DNA of 64,000 nucleotides from a virus. Taxonomy: Duplodnaviria > Caudoviricetes. This document shows, one piece after another, positions 17,835 to 26,351 of this stretch. Each line of letters starts with the position of its first letter. Within the stretch, counting starts at the first letter, position 1. Position numbers and translations under genes: made by a program. The notes under the pieces were generated by a model that was not told the origin of the DNA, made no database searches, and saw only the letters and a list, made by a program, of their open reading frames with translations. The stretch covers positions 5,055 through 69,054 of the IMG/VR virus record IMGVR_UViG_3300050587_000151; one strand, written 5' to 3'.

Positions 17835-18170
17835 GAACGTCACAAGCTCGTCTGGCTGCATGCCAGTCTTGCCTTGCTGCTCTCAACCATTGGCAAAAGG
17901 AAGTTTCTACGCTTCGCGGTGGCACGCTCCGCGCCTTTTGCGCTATGTCGTTGCGACACGCCGACAACTTGCGAGGCAAACTGGCAAGGCTGTCCTTGCC
18001 CAACGCCTACACCTGCGACTTATAGGCGGGTTAATCGCGCCTTGCGCTTGAGTGCTCGATAACCAATCGTGTGGGGAGGAGGCACGTTGGTCGTGCCTCA
18101 CCCTTCATCCGCTGGCTGACGTGCCTTTACGCATTATTCAATGGTTGAGTTCCCGCTTGCCCTCATCTCG

Positions 18171-19022
18171 CTAGGCAGCAGCCGTTAGCGGTGGGCAAGA
18201 AAGAAGTTTGCTGTCCAGCATGAACTTCGTCAACGTGGGATACGTACTGTCGTTGGCCGCGTAGTCCGCGAATCTCTGCCAATCGAGATATGCCGTACTG
18301 CCAGCAGGCAGCTTGCGGAAATAGTGCCCAAGCGCAGCAGCGAACTCCAAGTTGACAAAGAACTTTGTAGCGTCAAGTGTCGAGGCAAAAATTCGCAGCT
18401 CCACGGTCGGCTTGTTGCATAAATTAACAGCATCGTACTTCGCGTTTCGTAATTCTTCAGAGGCGGCCCACGTGCAGTCCGCCTTTGCGCACTCCGGGCT
18501 TTTCTTCCGCAAGCTTGCGAAGTACGGATTCGACCGCCCCGCGATCTTGACAATTGCAGGCTTGATTGCCACATCCGTCACAAACGCCGACATCTTGCCT
18601 AGTTGTTCAGCCGTGAATACGCTCCGTGTCATGTGCACATGCATACCACAGGTGTTAGCAACCTTTAGAGCGCTTGGCGGCGAGGCAAAAAATTCCCGCC
18701 ATTGCTTTGCGTGTACGGTCAAGCTTGCTGGGGCACTGACGATTTCGATACCATGCGTAAGCGAGCCGTCGCCTTTGATGACTACAAAGTCCCTGCCCAA
18801 TAAGGCAAGGCATTCGGCAGCAGCACGCTGTTGGCTGCACGTGTAGGCGCTGTCATCGTCCTCGTCGTACGCCCCCTCTTCTTCGTCGCAGCAGCATGTG
18901 CTTAAAGCTTGTTTGCTCACCTCAACCTCAAGCTCAACGCCAAAGTACATACCGCCCCTTGGCCTGCCCATGAAATCAAGGTCATCTGTCACATCGTAAC
19001 TGTGTCTTTTTATGATACCCAT
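18171..19022 (-). CDS. Second Amidoligase_2 paralog
   Basis: FGVELEVE, KGDGSL, EIVSAP, TCGMHVHM, KYDAVNL, TVELRIF. Confidence 0.9.
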   Translation of the reverse strand: MGIIKRHSYDVTDDLDFMGRPRGGMYFGVELEVEVSKQALSTCCCDEEEGAYDEDDDSAYTCSQQRAAAECLALLGRDFVVIKGDGSLTHGIEIVSAPASLTVHAKQWREFFASPPSALKVANTCGMHVHMTRSVFTAEQLGKMSAFVTDVAIKPAIVKIAGRSNPYFASLRKKSPECAKADCTWAASEELRNAKYDAVNLCNKPTVELRIFASTLDATKFFVNLEFAAALGHYFRKLPAGSTAYLDWQRFADYAANDSTYPTLTKFMLDSKLLSCPPLTAAA

Positions 19023-19040
19023 ATAAAACTCGAAAGCTTG

Positions 19041-20432
19041 TTATGCAGCCATTGCATGTGTGGCAGCAGCTCGCGCCTCTCTAGCAACCGCAACCGTAAG
19101 AGAGCCAAAAGTTGCTTTTGGGTTGCTGGAATGTATTTCCCACCCGCCTGTCAGTTGCCAGTTGCCCGCCACGTCATCCGGATCGGCAACCAGTACTCGC
19201 ATACCGTTGCGCAGGGCGCTAAAGCCAAGCTGGGTGGCGGCGGGGTCGCTCGTGCAGATGTGCAGAAGCTGTTTTAATACGTCTGCATTTCTATCGAGCA
19301 CAGCTTGCGCGCCTGCTACATCGTAGCTATTGATAATCCTGCGGGCTTCATCTTCCCCGCAGTCCCACAGCTCAGCCAGCCCCATCATTGCGATTCGCAC
19401 AGCTTGCCGGCCAAGCTCGTATACAAGATGATGGATGCCCGGTGCCGCTCCGATCGCGCTCGACGGCACCCGATACTCAAGACCGTGGGGCGGCAACCGA
19501 TACTCTCCTGCCCGCCCATACATCGTTCGCCGTGTCGTGTCTTCATAGCCTTGGCACAAGCTGACAAGGGCTACCCCGAGCATCTTGTCTAGCAATTTGA
19601 CAATCGGTACAGCGGCTTCTTGTGAAAGCGGGCCGAGGCCAAAATGCATGTGCCAGCCTGCGTAGCGCTCGGGGCGCTGTCTTGGCGACAGAAGCGTCAT
19701 CGGGGGCGCTTCGCCGTAGGCATTCATGCTCGGCGCGCAACCAAGTGCCACATGCTCCTCGGCTGCCAGTTGGCGCGCACGCTCGCTTAGGCGGATACCG
19801 TTCTTGATGGTCAGCCGGGCGCCTAGCCTGTAGGCTTGTAAACTGGTATACAGCTTACGAAGCTGCGCTTGTACCTGGTCTGTAAAGTATGCCAAGCAAG
19901 CTCTCGGGCTTGTGTTGAACTCTGCCTGCCAGCCGTCCCAGTACGGCCCGCCACCAGCGACGGCCTTCGAAGGCAAGAACTTCCACGCAGGTATCACAAC
20001 TCCCGACTTTCCTACGCAGAACAGCTCGGGGTCTGAGCCAAGCGGGATAGTTCCCGCTCCGCTGCCGATGTAGCTGCCTGCCTTCTTGCGCAGCACCGCC
20101 ATATACTCTTGGCGGACTTCTGCCTCACGATCGGCAGGAATTGTGTGGATAGAGGTGCCCCTGTATACGTAATTGTAGCCAGGGACTCCTGCTATCTGCA
20201 TTCCCCCGACAGTTTTGCTCATGACCAAGGCAGGTCGTCCGCCAATATCAACCACCATCCCCGTCTTGATGTCATCCCACGCAAGGATCTTTGGTATTCC
20301 TGTCATGTTGCTCATAGGGCCTTGCCTTGTTGTGCAACGGCTCGTGCAGCATTGCGCTTGAATCGCCGCTCTGTACGCGAAGCTGTCTTGACAAACGTCG
20401 CCTTGTTGCACATTCGCCAATAAGCGTTCCAT
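19041..20432 (-). CDS. phiEco32-like COOH.NH2 ligase type 2
   Basis: LGSDPELF, DGWQAEFN, AGWHMHFG, RRTMYGRAGEYR...GLEYRVPS. The true start may be about 40 codons downstream. Confidence 0.88.
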   Translation of the reverse strand: MERLLANVQQGDVCQDSFAYRAAIQAQCCTSRCTTRQGPMSNMTGIPKILAWDDIKTGMVVDIGGRPALVMSKTVGGMQIAGVPGYNYVYRGTSIHTIPADREAEVRQEYMAVLRKKAGSYIGSGAGTIPLGSDPELFCVGKSGVVIPAWKFLPSKAVAGGGPYWDGWQAEFNTSPRACLAYFTDQVQAQLRKLYTSLQAYRLGARLTIKNGIRLSERARQLAAEEHVALGCAPSMNAYGEAPPMTLLSPRQRPERYAGWHMHFGLGPLSQEAAVPIVKLLDKMLGVALVSLCQGYEDTTRRTMYGRAGEYRLPPHGLEYRVPSSAIGAAPGIHHLVYELGRQAVRIAMMGLAELWDCGEDEARRIINSYDVAGAQAVLDRNADVLKQLLHICTSDPAATQLGFSALRNGMRVLVADPDDVAGNWQLTGGWEIHSSNPKATFGSLTVAVAREARAAATHAMAA

Positions 20433-20692
20433 AACGCTCGGCGGGTGTGCTCACCAAGGCCGGCTGTCGTGATTGCTCGCGTCAACGCGATCTTACGGCC
20501 GACAGCCCGGTTAAAGTTGTCCTGCGCCGAACATGCTGCTCGGGCTATAGCGAGTTCCTTGTTGGTGCCAACTTCGACAATCCGGCATAACGTAACAACG
20601 CCGGCTGTTTTGCCCACTTTGCTGATTGTCGGCCTGCGATGCGCAAACGCCACCGCATATTCATCGTTTTCGACTGTCACTCGAAATGACAA
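20312..20692 (-). CDS. Conserved phage hypothetical protein
   Basis: ACSAQDNFNRAVGRKIALTRA motif; AAAGGAG Shine-Dalgarno. Confidence 0.7.
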   Translation of the reverse strand: MSFRVTVENDEYAVAFAHRRPTISKVGKTAGVVTLCRIVEVGTNKELAIARAACSAQDNFNRAVGRKIALTRAITTAGLGEHTRRALWNAYWRMCNKATFVKTASRTERRFKRNAARAVAQQGKAL

Positions 20693-20971
20693 TTGTGTGC
20701 TCCTTTACCTGGAAGCAAGACTCCTATTGCTTGTTCTTGCCTCCAAATAAAGAACGGCAAGCAACTCGTTGGCTGCTTGCCGTCTTCACTCTTGCAATGT
20801 TGCTTAACAGTCTTTGCTGTTTGCTCTACGGTCCTGTACAGTCTATACTATGTCCCGTAGTAAATGCTGCTGCGGGGTTATGATTGGTTATGAATTGTGG
20901 TTGGTATGATTTGTATGAAGCGACAAATCACACATCCACCTAGCCCTCTGTACTAGTTCTTGATGGTACGT

Positions 20972-21415
20972 CTACCTGCTTTTTATGGCTTGGTTGACCG
21001 CTATGTCCTGCAACCTGTAGACTCTCCAGCGAGCTTGACTTAGCCGCTCATCTGCCTCGACAATCTTTGGGTTCCACTCGTCGCAGAACGCCTTGTGAGA
21101 CGCCAGGTTAGCCCTGTTGCAAGCTTGGACCAGGGCATCATGAGCCTCCTGTGCAGTCTGTACAGCCTTCCGAGCCTCGGCCAACTCGTCCTCTAGCGTG
21201 ATTGGCAGCAGATCATACACAGTGGGTACGCGCCTATACAGGCGTCCGTCGTCCGCCACCTGCACTACCCTGTCTGCCCCGTCGGCGCATTTAACACGCA
21301 CAGCGATAGACCCAAGAGGACCTGAAAGCCCTGTAGCGAGCACCGACACCAACTCAGCGCCAGGCCCGGTGCACTTCACCTGTCCACCGGCCCTAATATG
21401 CTCAAGAATATTCAC
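20972..21415 (-). CDS. Hypothetical protein with coiled-coil C-terminus
   Basis: Trimmed to a GTG that overlaps the upstream stop (GTGA). Confidence 0.55.
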   Translation of the reverse strand: MNILEHIRAGGQVKCTGPGAELVSVLATGLSGPLGSIAVRVKCADGADRVVQVADDGRLYRRVPTVYDLLPITLEDELAEARKAVQTAQEAHDALVQACNRANLASHKAFCDEWNPKIVEADERLSQARWRVYRLQDIAVNQAIKSR

Positions 21416-21591
21416 GTTTGCCACCCCCTTTCTATGCAAAACTGCTTCATGTACTGCCATCGCCTTACAAACCAGCAGTCTCTTGCCCACAACGCGTGGA
21501 TTGCGTACTCCGCCATATTCCGGGCGGCCGCAATACACCTAGCCGGCCTGCCCCTATGGTTGTGGCGACAAACTGGGCAGCAAGAAAGCAC
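21412..21591 (-). CDS. Small Cys-containing hypothetical protein
   Basis: CCPVCRHNH; GTG start after AAGGA. Confidence 0.4.
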   Translation of the reverse strand: MLSCCPVCRHNHRGRPARCIAAARNMAEYAIHALWARDCWFVRRWQYMKQFCIERGWQT

Positions 21592-21604
21592 AACTACGCT
21601 ATCC

Positions 21605-21886
21605 TTAGTTCTCTTCCAGCTTCGCGGCAATAAGTGTGATTGCCTCATCATCCGAGTAGTGAAGATAGCTGCCGTTCGGTATGTTGAGGATCTCCTCGCT
21701 GATAAGATGCCAGATTTCTTCCGCAACGAGGAAGCTTTTCGATCCACCGTGCTGCGATCGCAGGTATGCCAATTCTTCTTTTACCTGCTTGTGCAAAAGC
21801 GTATACTCGTCGCGAACGCGGATCGAAAATGTAAGGCTCAGGTCGTTCTGTCGAGCAGTTAGCTCCCATAACCTTTTCGTGTCCAT
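21605..21886 (-). CDS. Hypothetical protein
   Basis: 93 aa; GAGG Shine-Dalgarno. Confidence 0.6.
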   Translation of the reverse strand: MDTKRLWELTARQNDLSLTFSIRVRDEYTLLHKQVKEELAYLRSQHGGSKSFLVAEEIWHLISEEILNIPNGSYLHYSDDEAITLIAAKLEEN

Positions 21887-21927
21887 GTTGGCCTCCTACT
21901 TGGCTAGCTCCCCATCGTCGTCGATGG

Positions 21928-22479
21928 TCAAATCGCACTTTGCTCCTCCACAGTTTCACGCAATCCAGCCTTAGGTCCGAGTAACTGGACGAGCTTTTGC
22001 TGCTCAGCCTTTGTTATGTGACCGTCGCAGTAAAACGCCAAGCAACATAAGCTCCTCCATTTTCTCGGCAGCACGCAGCCTGTCGGGCGCCAAAAGCCGT
22101 ATTTCGCATCGAACAATCTAGCAACAATCAGTACCGCATACGCTGGCAGCTCGTCTAAGTAGCCTGGGGACGATGCAGTACTACATGTTCTACAACAACA
22201 CCTGTCGGCCTCGCTACTATAGACACTGTAGACACTCACACGCGTGCACGAGCCGTTTTCAAACCGGCATCCATAATCAATCTTGCCCGTTGCCTCGGCT
22301 CGTGCCTCACGCTCGGCCCATGTCTTTGGTTGGGGGTCTAGACCTCCCTCAAGCACGCACGGGCTGGGCATTGGAGCAAGCGGCGCGGTGCGAACCAGTT
22401 TATATAGCCGCCGCACCATATGCCTAAATGCTTGCTGCTGGCTCACCTTTTTGCACGAGTCCATAGACATGTCAGTCAA
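21928..22479 (-). CDS. Cys-rich putative metal/Fe-S-binding protein, paralog A
   Basis: DYGCRFENGSC...CCCRTC...GFWR..GCVLPRKWRSLCCLAFYC. Confidence 0.7.
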   Translation of the reverse strand: MTDMSMDSCKKVSQQQAFRHMVRRLYKLVRTAPLAPMPSPCVLEGGLDPQPKTWAEREARAEATGKIDYGCRFENGSCTRVSVYSVYSSEADRCCCRTCSTASSPGYLDELPAYAVLIVARLFDAKYGFWRPTGCVLPRKWRSLCCLAFYCDGHITKAEQQKLVQLLGPKAGLRETVEEQSAI

Positions 22480-22688
22480 CCACTGTATCGGCGCTTTATA
22501 AACCTCGCCAAACTTCTATCCAGTTTGGCAAGCAACTTTTGAAGCTTTGCAATTTCGTCGCGCGCTGTAAGTGCGTCTTTTAAACAAATGTCGCAACTGC
22601 AACAGGCATCGATGTTATCCAGCAGTTTATCCCCCGCCTCTATTGAGGCTTGCCAGATTTCGTATGTGTCTTCTGGATCTCTTGCCAT
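22476..22688 (-). CDS. Small hypothetical protein
   Basis: CCSCDIC followed by a coiled coil. Confidence 0.55.
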   Translation of the reverse strand: MARDPEDTYEIWQASIEAGDKLLDNIDACCSCDICLKDALTARDEIAKLQKLLAKLDRSLARFIKRRYSG

Positions 22689-22929
22689 GTGCTACCTGTA
22701 CGGTGCCTCGTGCTCGCTCAAGCAAACCGAGCATACATACTTGCCGTTGAACGGCCGCAGCAAGGCACTCGCTGGGTGTGCAAACCTGCACCAAAGGCGA
22801 AAGATTACGGTGAGCATGTCGAGTTACCTCTTGCACCTTGCTCGCAGAACATCATGCAGTATCGACGCAAGCACGCCGAATAGCAGGCCGATAAAGAAGT
22901 ATTTCATCTCGTCTCCTTTGGCAGGCGTA

Positions 22930-23319
22930 CTAAGGCCGTGCCGCACGTGAAGGGGCGAGGCTCCAGCCATCACCCAATAGAACTTTGTGCATGCTTGCTG
23001 CCTTTACCAAAACTCCGCACCCAAACCCACACGCCAAGTAGATTGCTGCACAGTGTGGCGAGTCACTTTCGCCTCGCCTGGCAGCCTGCATTGTTTGCTC
23101 GTTGGTGATCTGCGGGGTTTTGGTAAAGACGCGGGCTGTTACCTGTGCCACAAGCCTTGCAATCCGCGTGGCAATCTCCTCGCCCGATTCGTAAAACGCG
23201 TCTTCCCAAAGCAGGCATGTGAGCACACTGTGGCGCAGCTCGGCAAGGCTGCCGATCCGTGATGCAGGCCCGCCTTCGTGTGTTACAGCCGGCACATGCG
23301 GTGCGTTAATTCTCGCCAT
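22930..23319 (-). pseudogene. rsr: Truncated Ro60/Rsr (TROVE) gene: about 60 N-terminal aa of homology, then unrelated sequence
   Basis: MARIN...THEGGPA....ELRHSVLTCLLWEDAFYESGEEIATRIARLV matches the bacterial TROVE N-terminus as I recall it. Full-length Rsr is roughly 500 aa. Confidence 0.8.
23002..23128. repeat. 18-bp inverted repeat enclosing a rod-like hairpin
   Basis: CTTTACCAAAACTCCGCA (23002-23019) / TGCGGGGTTTTGGTAAAG (23111-23128), 17 of 18 matched. Confidence 0.8.
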
Positions 23320-23340
23320 GCTTTTCTCATTTCTCCAGCA

Positions 23341-23401
23341 GAAACAAGCGCTGACGGTGTTTGTCAGTCTCCAGGATTGAAGTAACCGCTGACTTCACCA
23401 C
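23341..23401 (-). ncRNA. Y-RNA-like (Yrl-type) element upstream of rsr
   Basis: Minus strand GTGGTGAAG...GGTTACTTC...ACCG...CGCTTGTTTC resembles the end motifs of the ncRNAs I recall flanking bacterial rsr genes. It lies 22 nt upstream of the rsr start. Confidence 0.6.
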
Positions 23402-23421
23402 TCCAGCAAAACTTTGGGATG

Positions 23422-23572
23422 CCTTCCAACAAGCATTACGGGCCTCTCTGAACGACCCTTAACCTTAACTGCGGCCGGCCGCCAGACACTTTGAGGGCCA
23501 GCTCCTTTTGGAAGGGAAGCTCGCACCCTGTCCTGATTGGTTACTGCACTGCCCGTAATGCTTGTTGGAAGG
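23422..23572. repeat. Perfect 22-bp inverted repeat enclosing 107 nt
   Basis: CCTTCCAACAAGCATTACGGGC (23422-23443) / GCCCGTAATGCTTGTTGGAAGG (23551-23572). Confidence 0.9.
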
Positions 23573-23599
23573 GCAAGCTTGCGCTTGCCCTTTCTCGTG

Positions 23600-23803
23600 C
23601 TACACGGCGGGCGCTACAGCAGCCTCTAGCGGGAAATCCGCTTCAGCCTGCGACAAGTACAGCTCTCGTGCGCAGCCCTGCGCCAATTCAAGCCTGTCCG
23701 CGTCGGACAGCTCAACGTATTCCTTGCGGAAGTCCGCAAGGCTCTGCCCTGGGCGTCCAAGCACCTTCTGGATGGCCAGCGCTTTGCTGATTTTGCCGTT
23801 CAT
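23600..23803 (-). CDS. Small hypothetical protein
   Basis: 67 aa; GGAGG Shine-Dalgarno; protein-like composition. Confidence 0.7.
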   Translation of the reverse strand: MNGKISKALAIQKVLGRPGQSLADFRKEYVELSDADRLELAQGCARELYLSQAEADFPLEAAVAPAV

Positions 23804-23855
23804 GGTTTCGTGCCTCCAAGCGACAGTACAGGTTATAAGCTATGCTATATTGTTG

Positions 23856-24428
23856 CTAGGTGGTACGAGTCACTACCTCAACTTTGCCATTCAATATCTG
23901 ATACAGCTTTTCCTGTTCTTCTGGCTGTATGTTACATGCGTATGCCAAGCACGTGGTGCTTCGCCACTTGCGGGGCAGCACACATCCGACGCCCGAGCGC
24001 CAAAAACCCAACTTTGGGCTAAACAGCCCTACAATCTCTCGTAATGCCGCTCGCGGTATGCGAGTCAGAAATCCAACTGTGTAGCCACAGTCCGAGCAAC
24101 AGTACATGGTGGCCGTTGGGCTTTTGGCGTTGCTCATACGTTTGCACAACCCGTTTTTGAACTGGCATCCGTAGTCAACGGTACTTGTCGCTTCCCCTCT
24201 TGCTTCGAAGGCTGCCCAAGTTGTTTCGTTGTCACGAGCACTGTCAGGCCACGTGGTCGCCGAAGAAGGAGCATCACACACCCTAACCACAAGCCTCCGC
24301 AGCCACCAAGCACGCTCGTAGCTTCGGTTGTTTGATTGGTAATTGCGTCTTTTAACCATGGCTCGTTTCACCTTGCCAATGGCGGCCTCAACGCCCGTCC
24401 GTTCGTGCCAAGTGCTACCCCACGGCAC
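23856..24428 (-). CDS. Cys-rich putative metal/Fe-S-binding protein, paralog B
   Basis: DYGCQFKNGLC...YCCSDC...GFWRSGVGCVLPRKWRSTTCLAYAC. Confidence 0.7.
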   Translation of the reverse strand: MPWGSTWHERTGVEAAIGKVKRAMVKRRNYQSNNRSYERAWWLRRLVVRVCDAPSSATTWPDSARDNETTWAAFEARGEATSTVDYGCQFKNGLCKRMSNAKSPTATMYCCSDCGYTVGFLTRIPRAALREIVGLFSPKLGFWRSGVGCVLPRKWRSTTCLAYACNIQPEEQEKLYQILNGKVEVVTRTT

Positions 24429-24580
24429 TCATATTGCTGGTAACAGCGCTCTGAGCAGAAAAACCTGCCGTGTCCGCTGACGCAAGTTGTCTCGAACTTG
24501 CCGCCGCTTGCAAGCACATTACACGTCGTGCAATGCAGCTCGGGCAAGATGCCTTGACGTGTTGGCGTAGTTGTGGTCAT
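24368..24580 (-). CDS. Small zinc-finger protein (TRASH/MYM-like)
   Basis: HCTTC...RFFCSERCY. Confidence 0.55.
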   Translation of the reverse strand: MTTTTPTRQGILPELHCTTCNVLASGGKFETTCVSGHGRFFCSERCYQQYECRGVALGTNGRALRPPLAR

Positions 24581-24584
24581 AAGG

Positions 24585-24776
24585 TTATCGTTTCTTTAGG
24601 GGTACTTCAGTCCGTACAAAATGTTGGCAGTTCTGATTCGGGTTAATGTGCCCACAGTAAACACCAATACGCATGCCGTGTTCTGTAAATGCGCAACACA
24701 CGTGGCCAGTGCCTCCGCCGATGTAGCTGTACTTGCAACCTACGCATTGGTGCTCGTGCTTACTAGTCATCACCAT
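24585..24776 (-). CDS. Small Cys-rich protein
   Basis: CVGCKY...CCA...YCGHINPNQNCQHF; start approximate. Confidence 0.45.
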   Translation of the reverse strand: MVMTSKHEHQCVGCKYSYIGGGTGHVCCAFTEHGMRIGVYCGHINPNQNCQHFVRTEVPLKKR

Positions 24777-25668
24777 ATTTACTCCTGTGGCGCGCCATTG
24801 CACCTAGCTGGGCAATCTGTCTACGGTGCCAAGCGGGAACTTTCATACGTGCCTGCCGATGTGCGTGGCCGTCTGTGCGATAGCCTCCAGCGACTGTGCG
24901 CGGAGCCGATTTGGCTGCCGCCGGCATCTTGATCCCAAGCCGCTTCGCCCATGCAGTGACTATCCTGTACACATGCTGATGGCGCCATTCCCGGCGAGTA
25001 CGCAAGCGGCATCGCTGCCGTTTGCCCTTCTTGCAGCGGTGGACCCTGGGATACCACTTGCGCTCGCAGTTCAGCCTGTCGGCGATCTGCGCATACGTTA
25101 GGCCCTTCGCACGCAGACAAACCACATAGCGGCAGATCGCTTTCTCTGACCCGTTTGGAATCAACTGCTTTCCCTTGCGGGCGAAGCCCCACGGCACGGC
25201 ACCCCAAACCCTTCCAGATCCCTTAACATACTGAGCCGCCATGCGTATCCGCTCGCCAATCTGCTCGCGCTCCATCTGTGCAACCGCTCCAAGAATCGTC
25301 ACCACCATTCGTCCAACAGCCGACTCGGTGTCAAACGCCTCAGTGATACTTATAAGGCGCACTTCATGCTTAGCTAGCAAATCAAGCAAGCCAAGCAAAT
25401 CTCGAACAGATCGGGTAAGCCTGTCCAGTTTCCACACCACAACAGCACCACACGTGCCGTCGGCTACTGCCTGCATGACACGTTGCGCGCCTGGTCTGGA
25501 TAGCGATTTGCCACTTGCTCCTTTGTCAGCCACAATCTCAACAAGTCGTAGCCCTAATGCTCGTGCTTGGGCTTTGATCCGCGTTGATTGTGCGGCTACG
25601 GACACCCCTTGTTCAGCCTGTTGCGTTGTTGATACACGCACATAACCAATTGCGGCTGTCCGTGGCAT
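24763..25668 (-). CDS. Serine recombinase (resolvase domain plus short recombinase domain)
   Basis: IGYVRVST (catalytic Ser), DKGASGKS.SRPG, VWKLDRLTRS, MAQMERE.IGER, GAVPWGF. Confidence 0.93.
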   Translation of the reverse strand: MPRTAAIGYVRVSTTQQAEQGVSVAAQSTRIKAQARALGLRLVEIVADKGASGKSLSRPGAQRVMQAVADGTCGAVVVWKLDRLTRSVRDLLGLLDLLAKHEVRLISITEAFDTESAVGRMVVTILGAVAQMEREQIGERIRMAAQYVKGSGRVWGAVPWGFARKGKQLIPNGSEKAICRYVVCLRAKGLTYAQIADRLNCERKWYPRVHRCKKGKRQRCRLRTRREWRHQHVYRIVTAWAKRLGIKMPAAAKSAPRTVAGGYRTDGHAHRQARMKVPAWHRRQIAQLGAMARHRSKYGDD

Positions 25669-25682
25669 GATTAATGTTGCCT

Positions 25683-25964
25683 TTAGAAAATCGGCTTGGC
25701 TACCTGCCACCGGTGACCGTTCCTACAACTCGCCATCCGTTGCCCGTGCCCTACTGTCGAAGGCACTGGGATGGTCGTCGGCTCAACACACGACGGGCAG
25801 CCAGACACATACCTGTGTCCATGCTTGCCTTTTGTTGTGTTGCGGGCAGCCTTCAACCGCTTCGACATGCGTTTGGTGACACTCGAAATTCTTGGGATAT
25901 GTGGCATAGTTTCTAACCGTCTAACAGAGCAAGCAAATGCTTGGGCAAAACGCCTGATAGCCAA
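25683..25964 (-). CDS. Hypothetical basic protein with Cys motifs
   Basis: Contains GCPSC and CRNGH; start uncertain. Confidence 0.45.
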   Translation of the reverse strand: MAIRRFAQAFACSVRRLETMPHIPRISSVTKRMSKRLKAARNTTKGKHGHRYVSGCPSCVEPTTIPVPSTVGHGQRMASCRNGHRWQVAKPIF

Positions 25965-26013
25965 CGCGTTGCTTCCACTTGCTTGCTCTGCTGGGCGGTT
26001 AGCCCAGCGTTCG

Positions 26014-26166
26014 TTACTTACCGGCCAGCAGCGCCTGCTGCCGTTCGGGCCTGATTGTGCCTTGCACAGTCAACGTATGGCCCGTTGTCCGCGCATGCTC
26101 CACAGCTTCCTTGTAGTCTGCCGTCTTGTATCGGCAGCCACACTGGTAGTTAATCTGTGATTTCAT
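26014..26166 (-). CDS. 50-aa hypothetical protein (not in the ORF track)
   Basis: AAGGAG Shine-Dalgarno, then MKSQINYQCGCRYKTADYKEAVEHARTTGH (C2H2-like). Confidence 0.65.
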   Translation of the reverse strand: MKSQINYQCGCRYKTADYKEAVEHARTTGHTLTVQGTIRPERQQALLAGK

Positions 26167-26177
26167 GATTTCTCCTT

Positions 26178-26351
26178 TTCCACCCTACAAAGCAAAGCGC
26201 AGCGTAGTAATCAATCTATACGGGCGTCGTCCTACCGAGCCTAGGTTCCCGGTTGCTGGCCAGTCTTCTACCGGCGCTTCGCGGCAAGGTGGCGCGCTTT
26301 TATCCCGCGTCCCTGTACCGAACATGTTGCGCCCTGCTTTGTAGGTTGGGA
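26178..26351. repeat. Long imperfect inverted repeat enclosing about 120 nt
   Basis: CCTACAAAGCA (26184-26194) / TGCTTTGTAGG (26335-26345), extended inward by GCGCA/TGCGC. Confidence 0.7.
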
